A stretch of DNA of 52,818 nt from Bacteroidota bacterium. GTDB taxonomy: Bacteria; Bacteroidota; Bacteroidia; Chitinophagales; UBA8649. Below are positions 36,435 through 45,732 of this stretch, piece after piece (position 1 is the first letter of the stretch; the number at the start of each line of letters is the position of its first letter). A model generated the notes under the pieces. That model was given only the letters and a program-made list of their open reading frames with translations. It was not told the origin of the DNA and did not search any database. Where the stretch lies: positions 41,386 to 94,203 of the forward strand of contig DLYY01000011.1 of assembly GCA_003447535.1 (NCBI GenBank). The letters run 5' to 3'. The position numbers were made by a program, and so were the translations under genes.

Positions 36435-39077
36435 ATGCCAATCTTTCTCTTGAGGATGCCAAGAAATATACAGTTCATCGTGCTTTTGTGCTACTTATCG
36501 GCCACTTTCTCTGGGGGTGCAGGCCTATTGGCTCAAGGCAACGAGGATGGGTCAGTCTCCGCGGCATTTGAAAATCCAGTTCAATACAAGGCAAGAGACT
36601 CGGCGGTATACAATTTTGAAGAAAAAAAACTCTATCTCTATGGCGAGGCTGAAGTAATTCATGACGACATGAGTCTCGTTGCTGGCTACATTGTGTACGA
36701 TAGAGAAAATGCAGAGGTATACGCTGAGGCGGTCTTGGATAGCGCGGGTGAATGGACAGAGATGCCGCACTTTATCACCGGTGATCAAGATTTTGAAGCA
36801 AAAAAAATGGTGTATCAAATTGAAAGAGAACGGGGAATAATTTATGAGGCTTATACAGAGCACGAGGGGGCAACCCTATCGAGTAAGGTTGCTATTCGCG
36901 ATAGCACAACAAACATCTATGGTCTATCTACTCGATATACAACCTGCACCAATCGGGATCATCCCCATTTTCACCTTCAAGCCAATCGCAGTGTAGTTGT
37001 ACCTGAGCGAGGCGTGTATACGGGTCCTGTTTTATTACACGTTTCAGAAGTTCCCACCCCTTTAGGGCTTCCCTTTGCCCTTTTTCCCAACACAAAAGGA
37101 AGGCGTTCTGGAGTAATATTTCCCGAACCAGGCGAAGCCCCAAACGCTGGTTTTTTTCTTAAGGGGGGCGGCTATTTTTGGGCCATAAACGATGGGTTTA
37201 CGCTGACCACAACAGCCGACCTTTATTCCAGAGGCCTCTTTGGTCTAAATACGGACGTCCAATATAAAAAGCGCTATATGAGGAATGGCCGACTTCTGTG
37301 GTCATATTTTCTTACCCCCACACCCGACCCCGACCAAGCCGACAGCAAGCCAAGCCATGACGTACGCCTAACATGGTCACACCAAATGGACCCCAAGGCG
37401 CGACCAAATTCATCCTTTTCTGCCAATGTGTCCGGCTCTACGCGTTCCTATAATAACAACAGCCTTCAGACGACGAACCAATTGCTAGAGGTTGCATTAA
37501 CCAGTCGCTTAAGCTACAGCAGAAAATTTATAGGAAAGCCTTATAATCTCAGTATACAGGCACGGCATGATCAAAACCTTCAAACGGGTAGAATAAGTTT
37601 TACACTGCCTGAAGTAACATTTGCGGTCAGTCGTTTTACCCCCTTTAATAGTATCTCCACCAAGAAAAACTTAGGAAAGACTCCATGGTACAAACGATTG
37701 GGATTCACTTATAGTTTGAGGGGAAAAGCTTCTGCAACCTCTTTTGACTCCCTCTTGTTCACCCCTCAGTTTACGGAAAGCATACAATATGGCGTACGTC
37801 ATAATGCGAGTGCGGATATCAACTTTCCTGTTTTTAAACACATTAATGTCAGCCCGCGGTTTTCATATGAAGAAAAATGGTACCCTCAAACGTCGACACG
37901 CCGTTTTCAAGACACGGTCTTTGTGAATATTCCCTCGGGCGAAGTAGACACGTTGTTTGACCAAGTGTTAGTTGATACGATGGCTGGCTTTCAGGCTCTT
38001 CGCTCGTTTGATTTTAGCTTAACGGCTAATACGGTACTTACTGGGATTTTTAATATTTCCCAATCGAAACGATTAAGGGCCATCCGCCACGTAATGAAAC
38101 CAAGTGTTTCATACACTTACAGGCCAGATTTTGGTCAAGAGAAGTGGGGTTATTATGGGGAATATCTTAATACAACAACAGGCAACACGGTGGTTTATGA
38201 CCCATATTCTATATTATCGAGTATTTATGGGGGGGCGCCAGGAAGGGGTGGGAGCAATTTGTTTCGTATTGCTATCAACAATACTTTTGATATGAAGGTG
38301 TGTAAGCCCTCCAAAGATTCTTCGGCATCCTATTGTGGGCCCTCTCAACGCTTGGGCATGCCTTATAAAAATCTTGTAAACATTCCCCTTTTGGAGCAGT
38401 TAAACCTGGATTGGCGTTACAACTTTACAGCCGATTCGCTGCGTTCTAGCCCTCTTACGGTGAACATTCAAACCAAGGTTGGCCAATATTTTCGCGTCCA
38501 GTTTAGAAACACGTTTGATCCTTATGCGGTAGATACAAACAACAGGAGAATCAACACCCTGTATTGGGCCACATCTAGGCGCTTTTTTCGATTGACAAAT
38601 AGCCAACTATCGCTCAACCTTGATTTAAAAGCCAAACCAAAACAGGAAAAGAATCTCCCGGAAAGCGCCGGAAGCATGAGTGAACGCGAGTATTATCTCG
38701 CCAACATGGATGCATATTATGATTTTGACATCCCTTGGACTTTATCTATGCGATATAATCTAAATAGGCAAACGGGCATCTCCTACAATCCTGACACGAT
38801 CTTATTTACTCAAAGTTTGTCTATGAACGGTAGTATAAATATTACTCCGAAATGGAAGATTGTTGCCACAACGGGATATGATTTCAGGAACAGAGATTTA
38901 ACGCTAACCAATGTTCGGGTTATGCGCGACCTTCACTGTTGGTCGCTTAGTTTTAACTGGACGGCCTATCCGATTTCTCGGCAAACCTATAGCATTGAGT
39001 TAAGGGTGTTAAGCGATGTATTGCAATTTTTAAAACTAAGCCGTCAAAAGCCTCCGGGCAGTTATGATGATTTTTAA
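36435..39077 (+). CDS. LptD-like outer-membrane LPS-assembly protein
   Basis: 880 aa with a signal peptide, an N-terminal OstA-like segment (LYLYGEAEVIHDDMSLVAGYIVYD) and a large C-terminal region rich in alternating aromatic beta-strand patterns. Its divergent arrangement with the amidase is a common Flavobacteriia layout. Confidence 0.65.
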   Translation: MPIFLLRMPRNIQFIVLLCYLSATFSGGAGLLAQGNEDGSVSAAFENPVQYKARDSAVYNFEEKKLYLYGEAEVIHDDMSLVAGYIVYDRENAEVYAEAVLDSAGEWTEMPHFITGDQDFEAKKMVYQIERERGIIYEAYTEHEGATLSSKVAIRDSTTNIYGLSTRYTTCTNRDHPHFHLQANRSVVVPERGVYTGPVLLHVSEVPTPLGLPFALFPNTKGRRSGVIFPEPGEAPNAGFFLKGGGYFWAINDGFTLTTTADLYSRGLFGLNTDVQYKKRYMRNGRLLWSYFLTPTPDPDQADSKPSHDVRLTWSHQMDPKARPNSSFSANVSGSTRSYNNNSLQTTNQLLEVALTSRLSYSRKFIGKPYNLSIQARHDQNLQTGRISFTLPEVTFAVSRFTPFNSISTKKNLGKTPWYKRLGFTYSLRGKASATSFDSLLFTPQFTESIQYGVRHNASADINFPVFKHINVSPRFSYEEKWYPQTSTRRFQDTVFVNIPSGEVDTLFDQVLVDTMAGFQALRSFDFSLTANTVLTGIFNISQSKRLRAIRHVMKPSVSYTYRPDFGQEKWGYYGEYLNTTTGNTVVYDPYSILSSIYGGAPGRGGSNLFRIAINNTFDMKVCKPSKDSSASYCGPSQRLGMPYKNLVNIPLLEQLNLDWRYNFTADSLRSSPLTVNIQTKVGQYFRVQFRNTFDPYAVDTNNRRINTLYWATSRRFFRLTNSQLSLNLDLKAKPKQEKNLPESAGSMSEREYYLANMDAYYDFDIPWTLSMRYNLNRQTGISYNPDTILFTQSLSMNGSINITPKWKIVATTGYDFRNRDLTLTNVRVMRDLHCWSLSFNWTAYPISRQTYSIELRVLSDVLQFLKLSRQKPPGSYDDF

Positions 39078-39086
39078 GCGATTTTT

Positions 39087-40328
39087 ATGATTAAGTGTGC
39101 TATAGTAACAATTGGGGATGAGCTTCTTTATGGTCATATAGACGACACGAATGCTACGTGGTTATCTCAGGAGTTGACTAAAAATGGAGTAATTGTCAGT
39201 GCGCGCATCACAGTAGGAGATGGTATTTCTGACATACAAGGGGCCCTCGAAGTTGCCTTTAACAATGCTGAGGTGGTCATTTTGACCGGCGGTTTAGGAC
39301 CAACACAAGATGATAAGACACGAGAAGCAATTGCTCTTTTTTGTAAAAGACCGCTTGCGCGAGAAGAAGCTTTGGCAAGTATGCTTGAAAAACATTTCGC
39401 GCCGAGGGGTCCTGGGGTTGTTGCGCTTAACGAAAAGTTGGCATGGGTGTGTGAGGGGTCAGAAATACTGCCCAATGCTAAAGGGACTGCCGCGGGAACT
39501 TGGGTAGACGAGCAACGAGGCGCTATTATTTCCCTGCCAGGAGTGCCCTATGAAATGAAAATCATTATGGAGGAAGAGGTATTGCCTCGTATTTGTTTAC
39601 GATATGATGTGGAGCCGCTCTTTATTCAATGGATTATGACTGCCGGCCAAGGCGAGTCAAGCCTATCTGTAGCACTTGAAAGCATCGAGCGAAATATGCC
39701 CAAGGGGGTGGCGTTGGCTTATCTACCCTCGCTTCAGGGAGTTCGCTTGAGACTTACCAGCTCAAAAGAACTAGAAAAGGAGAGCAAAAAGATTGCCCAA
39801 GCTATTGAGGCGTGTTTAGGGCATTTGGTGTATGCTAAGGAAAATACAACGCTCTCTCATGTGGTGCACAATATGCTTATAGAGTATAGAATAAAAATCG
39901 CCTTTGCCGAAAGTTGCACAGGGGGTAATATTATGGCCACATTGGTAAAACACCCAGAATCGAGTCAATACCTTTTGGGTGGACATGTGGTGTACTCGAA
40001 TGATTGGAAGCACCAGGAAATTGATGTTAGCAAAGGCCTTCTAGATTCTTGTGGTGCGGTGAGTGAAGAGGTTGCAAGGTCTATGGCGGAGGGAGCTATG
40101 GCCAATGCTGGTGCAGATATGACGCTTGCAGTTACTGGAATTGCCGGCCCAGGAGGGGGTGGCCCTACAAAACCAGTTGGCACCGTGCATATCGCTTTAT
40201 GCTATAATGAAATAACCTACCATAAAAAGTTTAGGCTGCATACAGACAGGGCGGTAAACATTGCGTTAACGACCACATTAGCCCTCAATATGGTTCGTCT
40301 TGCCCTGCAGGGCTCCCTTGAGGCTTAG
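39087..40328 (+). CDS. cinA: CinA family protein (MoCF-binding domain plus nicotinamide-nucleotide amidohydrolase PncC domain)
   Basis: N-terminus AIVTIGDELLYG...DTNA.WL, GGLGPTQDDKTREA, and C-terminal ESCTGG...GGHVVYSN and TGIAGPGGG; 413 aa. Confidence 0.88.
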   Translation: MIKCAIVTIGDELLYGHIDDTNATWLSQELTKNGVIVSARITVGDGISDIQGALEVAFNNAEVVILTGGLGPTQDDKTREAIALFCKRPLAREEALASMLEKHFAPRGPGVVALNEKLAWVCEGSEILPNAKGTAAGTWVDEQRGAIISLPGVPYEMKIIMEEEVLPRICLRYDVEPLFIQWIMTAGQGESSLSVALESIERNMPKGVALAYLPSLQGVRLRLTSSKELEKESKKIAQAIEACLGHLVYAKENTTLSHVVHNMLIEYRIKIAFAESCTGGNIMATLVKHPESSQYLLGGHVVYSNDWKHQEIDVSKGLLDSCGAVSEEVARSMAEGAMANAGADMTLAVTGIAGPGGGGPTKPVGTVHIALCYNEITYHKKFRLHTDRAVNIALTTTLALNMVRLALQGSLEA

Positions 40329-40400
40329 CCATGGAGTTAGTTTGTTCAACCACAAACTTTAGAATATCTTTAAGGCAGTATAAAGGGTAATTTTAACACT

Positions 40401-41774
40401 ATGGCAAATAGGCAGCAACTTATGCCCAAAATGGGAGAAAGCATAACAGAGGCAACCGTGTTAACCTGGCTCAAGGGCGTGGGTGACTCCGTAGAACTCG
40501 ACGAACCGATTGCTGAAATAGCCACGGATAAGGTAGATTCTGAAGTTCCTTCTGAGTTTGAGGGAGTTATAGTCGACCTTCCCCATAGTGAAGGTGACGT
40601 GGTTCAGGTGGGAGAGATTCTCTGCGTTATTGCTACAGAAGGTGATGAGGCAGTTAGTAACCCAGGAGATGTGGGGAGCCAAGTAAATCCTGCAGAGGTG
40701 GCGACACAGCCAACGGAGGAAAGTGTTCCTTATGTACCCGAAAAGGCAACAGTGCCGGTTCAGTCTGTTCAAGCAAATGGTGGTGGGCGATTTTATTCCC
40801 CACTTGTACGAAAGATTGCACAAGCCGAAGGCATAGGTCAACAAGAATTGGATGCCATTGCAGGAACAGGGAAAGAAGGGCGTGTTACTAAAAAGGATAT
40901 TCTCGCCTACTTGTCTTCTCGTTCTGCACTAGCACCCGAGCAAGTCCCACTCCAACCCGTTCAGCCGCTTAAGGAAAAAGAAGTTGTAACAAAGACAGTA
41001 ATCCAGCCGGCAAGCCAGCCAGCAGTAAATCAATCTCCGGCTTCAACCCCACCTTCATTTAGTGGAGATGTAGAAATTGTAGAGATGGATCGCATGCGAA
41101 AGCTAATCGCGAAACACATGGTCCACTCCAAATCAACGTCTGCTCATGTTACTTCATTTGTTGAGGCCGATGTCACTGAAATTGTGGGTTGGAGAAATAA
41201 AGTTAAAGGGGACTTTCAGCGTCGAGAGGGAGAGAAAATTACGTTTACACCTATTTTTTTACAAGCCGTTTCCCAGGCCCTAAGAGACTTTCCTTATGTA
41301 AACGCTTCATTAGATGGAGACCATATTATTCTTCACAAGTCGGTTAACATTGGGATGGCGACAGCACTTCCTTCCGGGAACCTCATAGTCCCGGTGATTA
41401 AGGGTGCTGATAGATTGAGCCTTCTTGGATTGACTAAGGCGGTAAATGATTTGGCTAATCGAGCACGAAACAACAACCTAAAACCCACCGAAATTGAAGG
41501 GGGCACCTATACGGTCACCAATGTGGGAAGTTTTGGCAATGTAATGGGAACTCCAATTATCAATCAGCCCCAGGTGGGCATCTTGGCAGTAGGTGCAATA
41601 CAAAAAAAGGTCGCCGTTATTGAGACGCCTTTGGGCGACCAAATAGGCATACGCCATAAGATGTTTTTATCCCACACCTATGACCACAGATTGGTGGATG
41701 GAGCCCTTGGAGGACAATTTGTGCGCCGGGTTGCTGATCTACTAGAGGGCTTTAACACCATGCAATCCCTATAA
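40401..41774 (+). CDS. 2-oxoacid dehydrogenase E2 component (dihydrolipoamide acyltransferase)
   Basis: One lipoyl domain (EIATDKVDSEVPS), a subunit-binding domain (FYSPLVRKIAQAEGI), a Pro/Gln linker and the catalytic motif SHTYDHRLVDGA; 457 aa. No E1 gene is adjacent. Confidence 0.88.
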   Translation: MANRQQLMPKMGESITEATVLTWLKGVGDSVELDEPIAEIATDKVDSEVPSEFEGVIVDLPHSEGDVVQVGEILCVIATEGDEAVSNPGDVGSQVNPAEVATQPTEESVPYVPEKATVPVQSVQANGGGRFYSPLVRKIAQAEGIGQQELDAIAGTGKEGRVTKKDILAYLSSRSALAPEQVPLQPVQPLKEKEVVTKTVIQPASQPAVNQSPASTPPSFSGDVEIVEMDRMRKLIAKHMVHSKSTSAHVTSFVEADVTEIVGWRNKVKGDFQRREGEKITFTPIFLQAVSQALRDFPYVNASLDGDHIILHKSVNIGMATALPSGNLIVPVIKGADRLSLLGLTKAVNDLANRARNNNLKPTEIEGGTYTVTNVGSFGNVMGTPIINQPQVGILAVGAIQKKVAVIETPLGDQIGIRHKMFLSHTYDHRLVDGALGGQFVRRVADLLEGFNTMQSL

Positions 41775-41781
41775 AAATTCA

Positions 41782-43203
41782 ATGAATACAGAAAACCCAA
41801 CCACCATCAGAGAAAAGGCGCTAGCTATAAACCTAAATCCAACAATTTATGGGTCTTTTGCTGAAATTGGTGGGGGTCAAGAGGTGGCTAGAAACTTTTT
41901 CAAGGCGGGGGCAGCAGGCGGCACTATAGCAAAGTCTATGTCAGCCTACGACATGGTATTTTCCGATAATATATATGGACCTGAAGAAGGAGGAAGATAT
42001 GTTAGTGAATCACGGTGCTTAAAAATGCTAGATCACGAATACAATCTCCTTGAAGAACGCTTGGTCCAAGAGGAATATAAAGACCGCTGTTTTTTTGTTT
42101 TCGCCAATACAGTAACCACACTAAACTACTCCAGAAGCAATAAGCCACACGGGTGGATGGGTGTACGCTTTCAGCTAGAACCCGATAGCCCTCCGAGTGA
42201 CATTATTATGCATGTGCGATTACATGACAATAACACAATACTCCAACAACGTGTACTTGGGGAGTTGGGGGTTAATTTGCTATGGGCATGCTATCATCAT
42301 GGAGGTGATATTGCGCGTTTCCTTGAGTCCATGAAGCAAGATTTAAGTACTGATCTTCTTGAAATTGACATGATTCGTTTATCGGGTCCTTGTTTCGCGT
42401 CAGTCGATATTCGAATTGTCAGCTTATTGCTTGTTAAAATGGGCTTTACTAAGGCTACGATTTTTGGCCCTGACGGGAAGGTGTATCAACCCAAGGACCT
42501 ATTGTACAAGAAAAACATTTTTGCACTGCGAGGGCGATTTAGGCCGCTCACCAAGGTTACAGCAGATATGTTTGATTCAGCAGTTCGTGCATTTTGCGAG
42601 ACAAAGAAGGATGTAAAGGAGTGCGACGTTTTTCGTCTGGCTGAAATGACATTACAGCTACTGCAAACCGAAGCTGATATTGAAGATCACGAACAGGACT
42701 TTCTCGACCGTGCTGATATTTTATCTTCTCAAGGTCATTATGTGTTGATCTCAGATTTTGAATATCATTATGAATTGGTCAATTACCTTAACGAATGTCG
42801 AGTGGCCCACAAGGGACTTATTGTTGGTGTAAAGTATCTTTTAGAGATCTATGAGCGTGCGTCTAATGAGGGTAGAGAGTTGTCTATAATGCACAATTAT
42901 GGCAGAGTGTTCCGGCACGGTGGCAGCTTTTGGGTGTATCCGTTTCAAGCTTCGGAAAATGCTCAAGTCTATACGGCCTCTACGATGTTGCCCCCTCCTT
43001 CAACGCGATCGCTTCACGACTTTTTGTTGGGCAATAAAGCACTAATTGAGATTGAGGCCCTCAATCCGGAGGTGTTAACTATTTTTTCTGACGATATTGT
43101 CAAGTCCATTCAAGAAGGAGAGACGGGGTGGGAAAACTCGGTTCCTGAAGGTGTGGCAGAAATGATAGTAGCCAATCAGCTTTTTAAGCACGGTTCCAAG
43201 TAG
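41782..43203 (+). CDS. Conserved-looking soluble protein of unknown function
   Basis: 473 aa with no signal peptide or TM segment. Gly-rich N-terminal motif FAEIGGGQEVARNFFKAGAAGGTIAKSMSAYD. Starts 7 nt after the E2 stop. Confidence 0.55.
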   Translation: MNTENPTTIREKALAINLNPTIYGSFAEIGGGQEVARNFFKAGAAGGTIAKSMSAYDMVFSDNIYGPEEGGRYVSESRCLKMLDHEYNLLEERLVQEEYKDRCFFVFANTVTTLNYSRSNKPHGWMGVRFQLEPDSPPSDIIMHVRLHDNNTILQQRVLGELGVNLLWACYHHGGDIARFLESMKQDLSTDLLEIDMIRLSGPCFASVDIRIVSLLLVKMGFTKATIFGPDGKVYQPKDLLYKKNIFALRGRFRPLTKVTADMFDSAVRAFCETKKDVKECDVFRLAEMTLQLLQTEADIEDHEQDFLDRADILSSQGHYVLISDFEYHYELVNYLNECRVAHKGLIVGVKYLLEIYERASNEGRELSIMHNYGRVFRHGGSFWVYPFQASENAQVYTASTMLPPPSTRSLHDFLLGNKALIEIEALNPEVLTIFSDDIVKSIQEGETGWENSVPEGVAEMIVANQLFKHGSK

Positions 43204-43213
43204 GATCTTATGG

Positions 43214-45103
43214 TTATTTGCGCAGTATTGTTCTCAAATCATCCATAGGATGATAGTTTTTAGCATAAAGAAAGTTGGAGGTAATAATTTGTTCCTTCGT
43301 AGCACTTTCCTCTTTTTTCCCCTCTAAGCGTTCACAGGTAGTCCATGCCTCTTTAACTGCTGGCAGGCCAATGCCATGGGGCTTGTGATACCCAACCCAT
43401 GTTTTTTTACCCCAAATCACAGCGAATGCCCAAGTTAGTTTTTTCCTTCCTTGATGCGATAGAAGAGGAATTGTTGTAAACCCCAGTAAGAGAAAACACG
43501 AGCTAATGAAAATATCTGTAAGTCGTTTGTATGCCCTGTATCGTACAAGGTTTAAGTTCAAATCGATAGGCTCTTCTAATTCCTTTTGCGAACGATTTCT
43601 ATGGTAATTCCCAACGAGAGAGTCGCTTTCTTTCCGGTAGATATAACAGGGGACTCTTCCACCAACAAAGCCAATGGATTCAATCATGGTGTGCGATGGT
43701 ATGGACTCGGCACACAATATAATTTTTGAAGCCCCATGTATCTGGGCTAAATCCTCAATGCTTAGATTATACGATAGGTTGATTTGAATAGCACTTTTGC
43801 CATGGTCGGAAGTCTCTTGAAAGGCTTTAAACGTTCCCGGGTGACCAACAAAAAGAGCTTTCTGCTTTCTGCTTTTCTCTTGCCTAATTTTTTTCAAATA
43901 TAGACTGCTTCGGATTGTCAATCCGAGTAGACTTGCTACGCCCCACCCTGCAAGAATCGATCCTCGAGAAAACCGAAGTGTTTCGGGTAATAGGGCATAT
44001 ATAAAGGTTATGGCAAGCAAGGCGATTCCACTTCCAGCAAAGAAGCTTCGCAATGAGCGGTGCTTGGCATAAGCCCCACTAAACAAGAGGCATAGAAAAA
44101 AAAGTACGCTGTATGCGGGTAAAAAACCTAGCAAGAATATATCAGGAAAATGATCAATCTCTGATTTTACGTAATGAGAATAGAGGGTTGATACCCCGTA
44201 GAAGCTACCATATATTATCAAGAGTTCCCCTAAGGCAGGAAGTATTTGTTTGGCAATTTTACCAGTATAAAAAAGGAGGGCTATTCCTTGAAACAAGCAC
44301 CTTATAATGGGCTTTGTTATGCTAGGCCAACGACGGAATGTGTGTTTTTCAGCAAAGATTCCCATCGCATCAAAAAAGCTAAAGGCATAATTAAAGCTTT
44401 TCTTTTTTGTGCTTTCTCCTTTGTAGTGAATAATCGTTGTGCTACCCATATATTGTACATCGTAGCCCTCAAGCTGTACTCTATGTGAGAGGTCAATGTC
44501 TTCGCCATACATAAAGAAGGCCTCGTCAAATCCCCCTATCTTTTGAATGAGATTAGTCCTCCCAAAAAAGAAAGCACCGGTTAGTACCTTGACCGAATTG
44601 TCTTGGTTTTCTGGAAGGTGGCCGGCATAATACCCGTTTAGCCAAGAAGATGTTGGGCCTATCTTATACAATCCGGTGAATTTGCACAAAGAGGACCATA
44701 GGGTGGGTAGGCCGCGCTTGGATTCGGGCAGGAATTTACCTTGCCCATCAACCATTCGAACCCCAAGCGCTCCTAGGTTTTGACTAGATTCCATGGTTTG
44801 AAAACATGTTAACAAGGTGTTTTCTTTGATAACTGTATCAGGATTTAGAAACAAGACATACTTACCTTTTGCCTTTGTTAATGCCTGGTTGTTGGCTTTT
44901 CCAAACCCCATATTTTTGTCATTCTCAATACAATGAACAGAGGGAAACATGGATTTGACGCTTTCTATGGAGTTATCCGTAGAGTGATTATCGACAACAA
45001 AGACCTCAAAATCTATTCCTTGGTTTTTAAAGACACTATCGAGCGCTTGTAACAGGAACTGCTTAACGTTGTAGTTTACAATGATTATCGATACATCTAT
45101 CAT
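43214..45103 (-). CDS. Family 2 glycosyltransferase fused to a polytopic membrane domain and a sugar-transferase-like C-terminal remnant
   Basis: GT2 motifs IIIVNYN, VVDNHSTDNS, NMGFGKANN and LNPDT. Several TM helices in the middle third. The C-terminus carries YKRLTDIFISSCFLLLG and IWGKKTWVGY. Confidence 0.75.
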   Translation of the reverse strand: MIDVSIIIVNYNVKQFLLQALDSVFKNQGIDFEVFVVDNHSTDNSIESVKSMFPSVHCIENDKNMGFGKANNQALTKAKGKYVLFLNPDTVIKENTLLTCFQTMESSQNLGALGVRMVDGQGKFLPESKRGLPTLWSSLCKFTGLYKIGPTSSWLNGYYAGHLPENQDNSVKVLTGAFFFGRTNLIQKIGGFDEAFFMYGEDIDLSHRVQLEGYDVQYMGSTTIIHYKGESTKKKSFNYAFSFFDAMGIFAEKHTFRRWPSITKPIIRCLFQGIALLFYTGKIAKQILPALGELLIIYGSFYGVSTLYSHYVKSEIDHFPDIFLLGFLPAYSVLFFLCLLFSGAYAKHRSLRSFFAGSGIALLAITFIYALLPETLRFSRGSILAGWGVASLLGLTIRSSLYLKKIRQEKSRKQKALFVGHPGTFKAFQETSDHGKSAIQINLSYNLSIEDLAQIHGASKIILCAESIPSHTMIESIGFVGGRVPCYIYRKESDSLVGNYHRNRSQKELEEPIDLNLNLVRYRAYKRLTDIFISSCFLLLGFTTIPLLSHQGRKKLTWAFAVIWGKKTWVGYHKPHGIGLPAVKEAWTTCERLEGKKEESATKEQIITSNFLYAKNYHPMDDLRTILRK

Positions 45104-45138
45104 AATGCGGGGCTCTCATGATTAAATGACATCTTCAT

Positions 45139-45708
45139 TTACGAAGGCCAGAGTTTTCGTTGCTTAACCTCTTGGAGAATTATTTTAAACCAGAATGAAT
45201 AATGATCCGGGTTGTCTGCAATAGCCTTTTCAAGGACTTCCTTTTCTATCCACTTAACTTCTCCAACCTCTGCCGGATTTACATTTAAAGGAGCATCCTC
45301 AATGAGTCCAAAGAACACATGGTCTAACTCGTGCTCGTGCAAAGCGCTTACCACATCTGTGGCTTGGTAGATGAAGGAAAACTTCCAATCTAGGTCTGCG
45401 GCAATACCAAGTTCTTCGGGTAGCCTGCGGCGTGCAGCGGCCTCATAGGTCTCATTTTCTCTGGGATGACTGCATACTGCATTGCTCCATATGTTAGGCC
45501 AGTGATACTTTGTGCTGGCTCTTTTTTGTAAGAGTATGCGGTGATCTGGGTCAAAAAGTAATACGCTTATTGCTCTGTGTAAACATCCCTTTTTGTGAGC
45601 CTCCATTTTCTCCATGGTACCCAAGACATTATCCTGGTCATCAACAAGCACAACAAACTCTTTTACCTCGCTCATACTGTGAATATCGCAATAATCCAAG
45701 GAACACAT
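45139..45708 (-). CDS. idi: Isopentenyl-diphosphate delta-isomerase, type 1 (Nudix fold)
   Basis: LHRAISVLLF, WSNAVCSHP (catalytic Cys) and HELDHVF. The likely real start is ATG 45675 (MSEVKEFVVLVD). Confidence 0.82.
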   Translation of the reverse strand: MCSLDYCDIHSMSEVKEFVVLVDDQDNVLGTMEKMEAHKKGCLHRAISVLLFDPDHRILLQKRASTKYHWPNIWSNAVCSHPRENETYEAAARRRLPEELGIAADLDWKFSFIYQATDVVSALHEHELDHVFFGLIEDAPLNVNPAEVGEVKWIEKEVLEKAIADNPDHYSFWFKIILQEVKQRKLWPS

Positions 45709-45732
45709 GTTGATTCAATGGGTTAACGGTCC

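Noticed and set aside
40339-40358. Small hairpin AGTTTG-N8-CAAACT after the cinA stop, considered as a terminator.
   Set aside because: The stem is only 6 bp and AT-rich, with no clear U-tract. That is too weak to call.
18427-41774. lpdA (E3) and the E2 gene considered as parts of one 2-oxoacid dehydrogenase operon.
   Set aside because: They are about 20 kb apart and separated by more than 15 unrelated genes on both strands. No E1 gene is present in the window.
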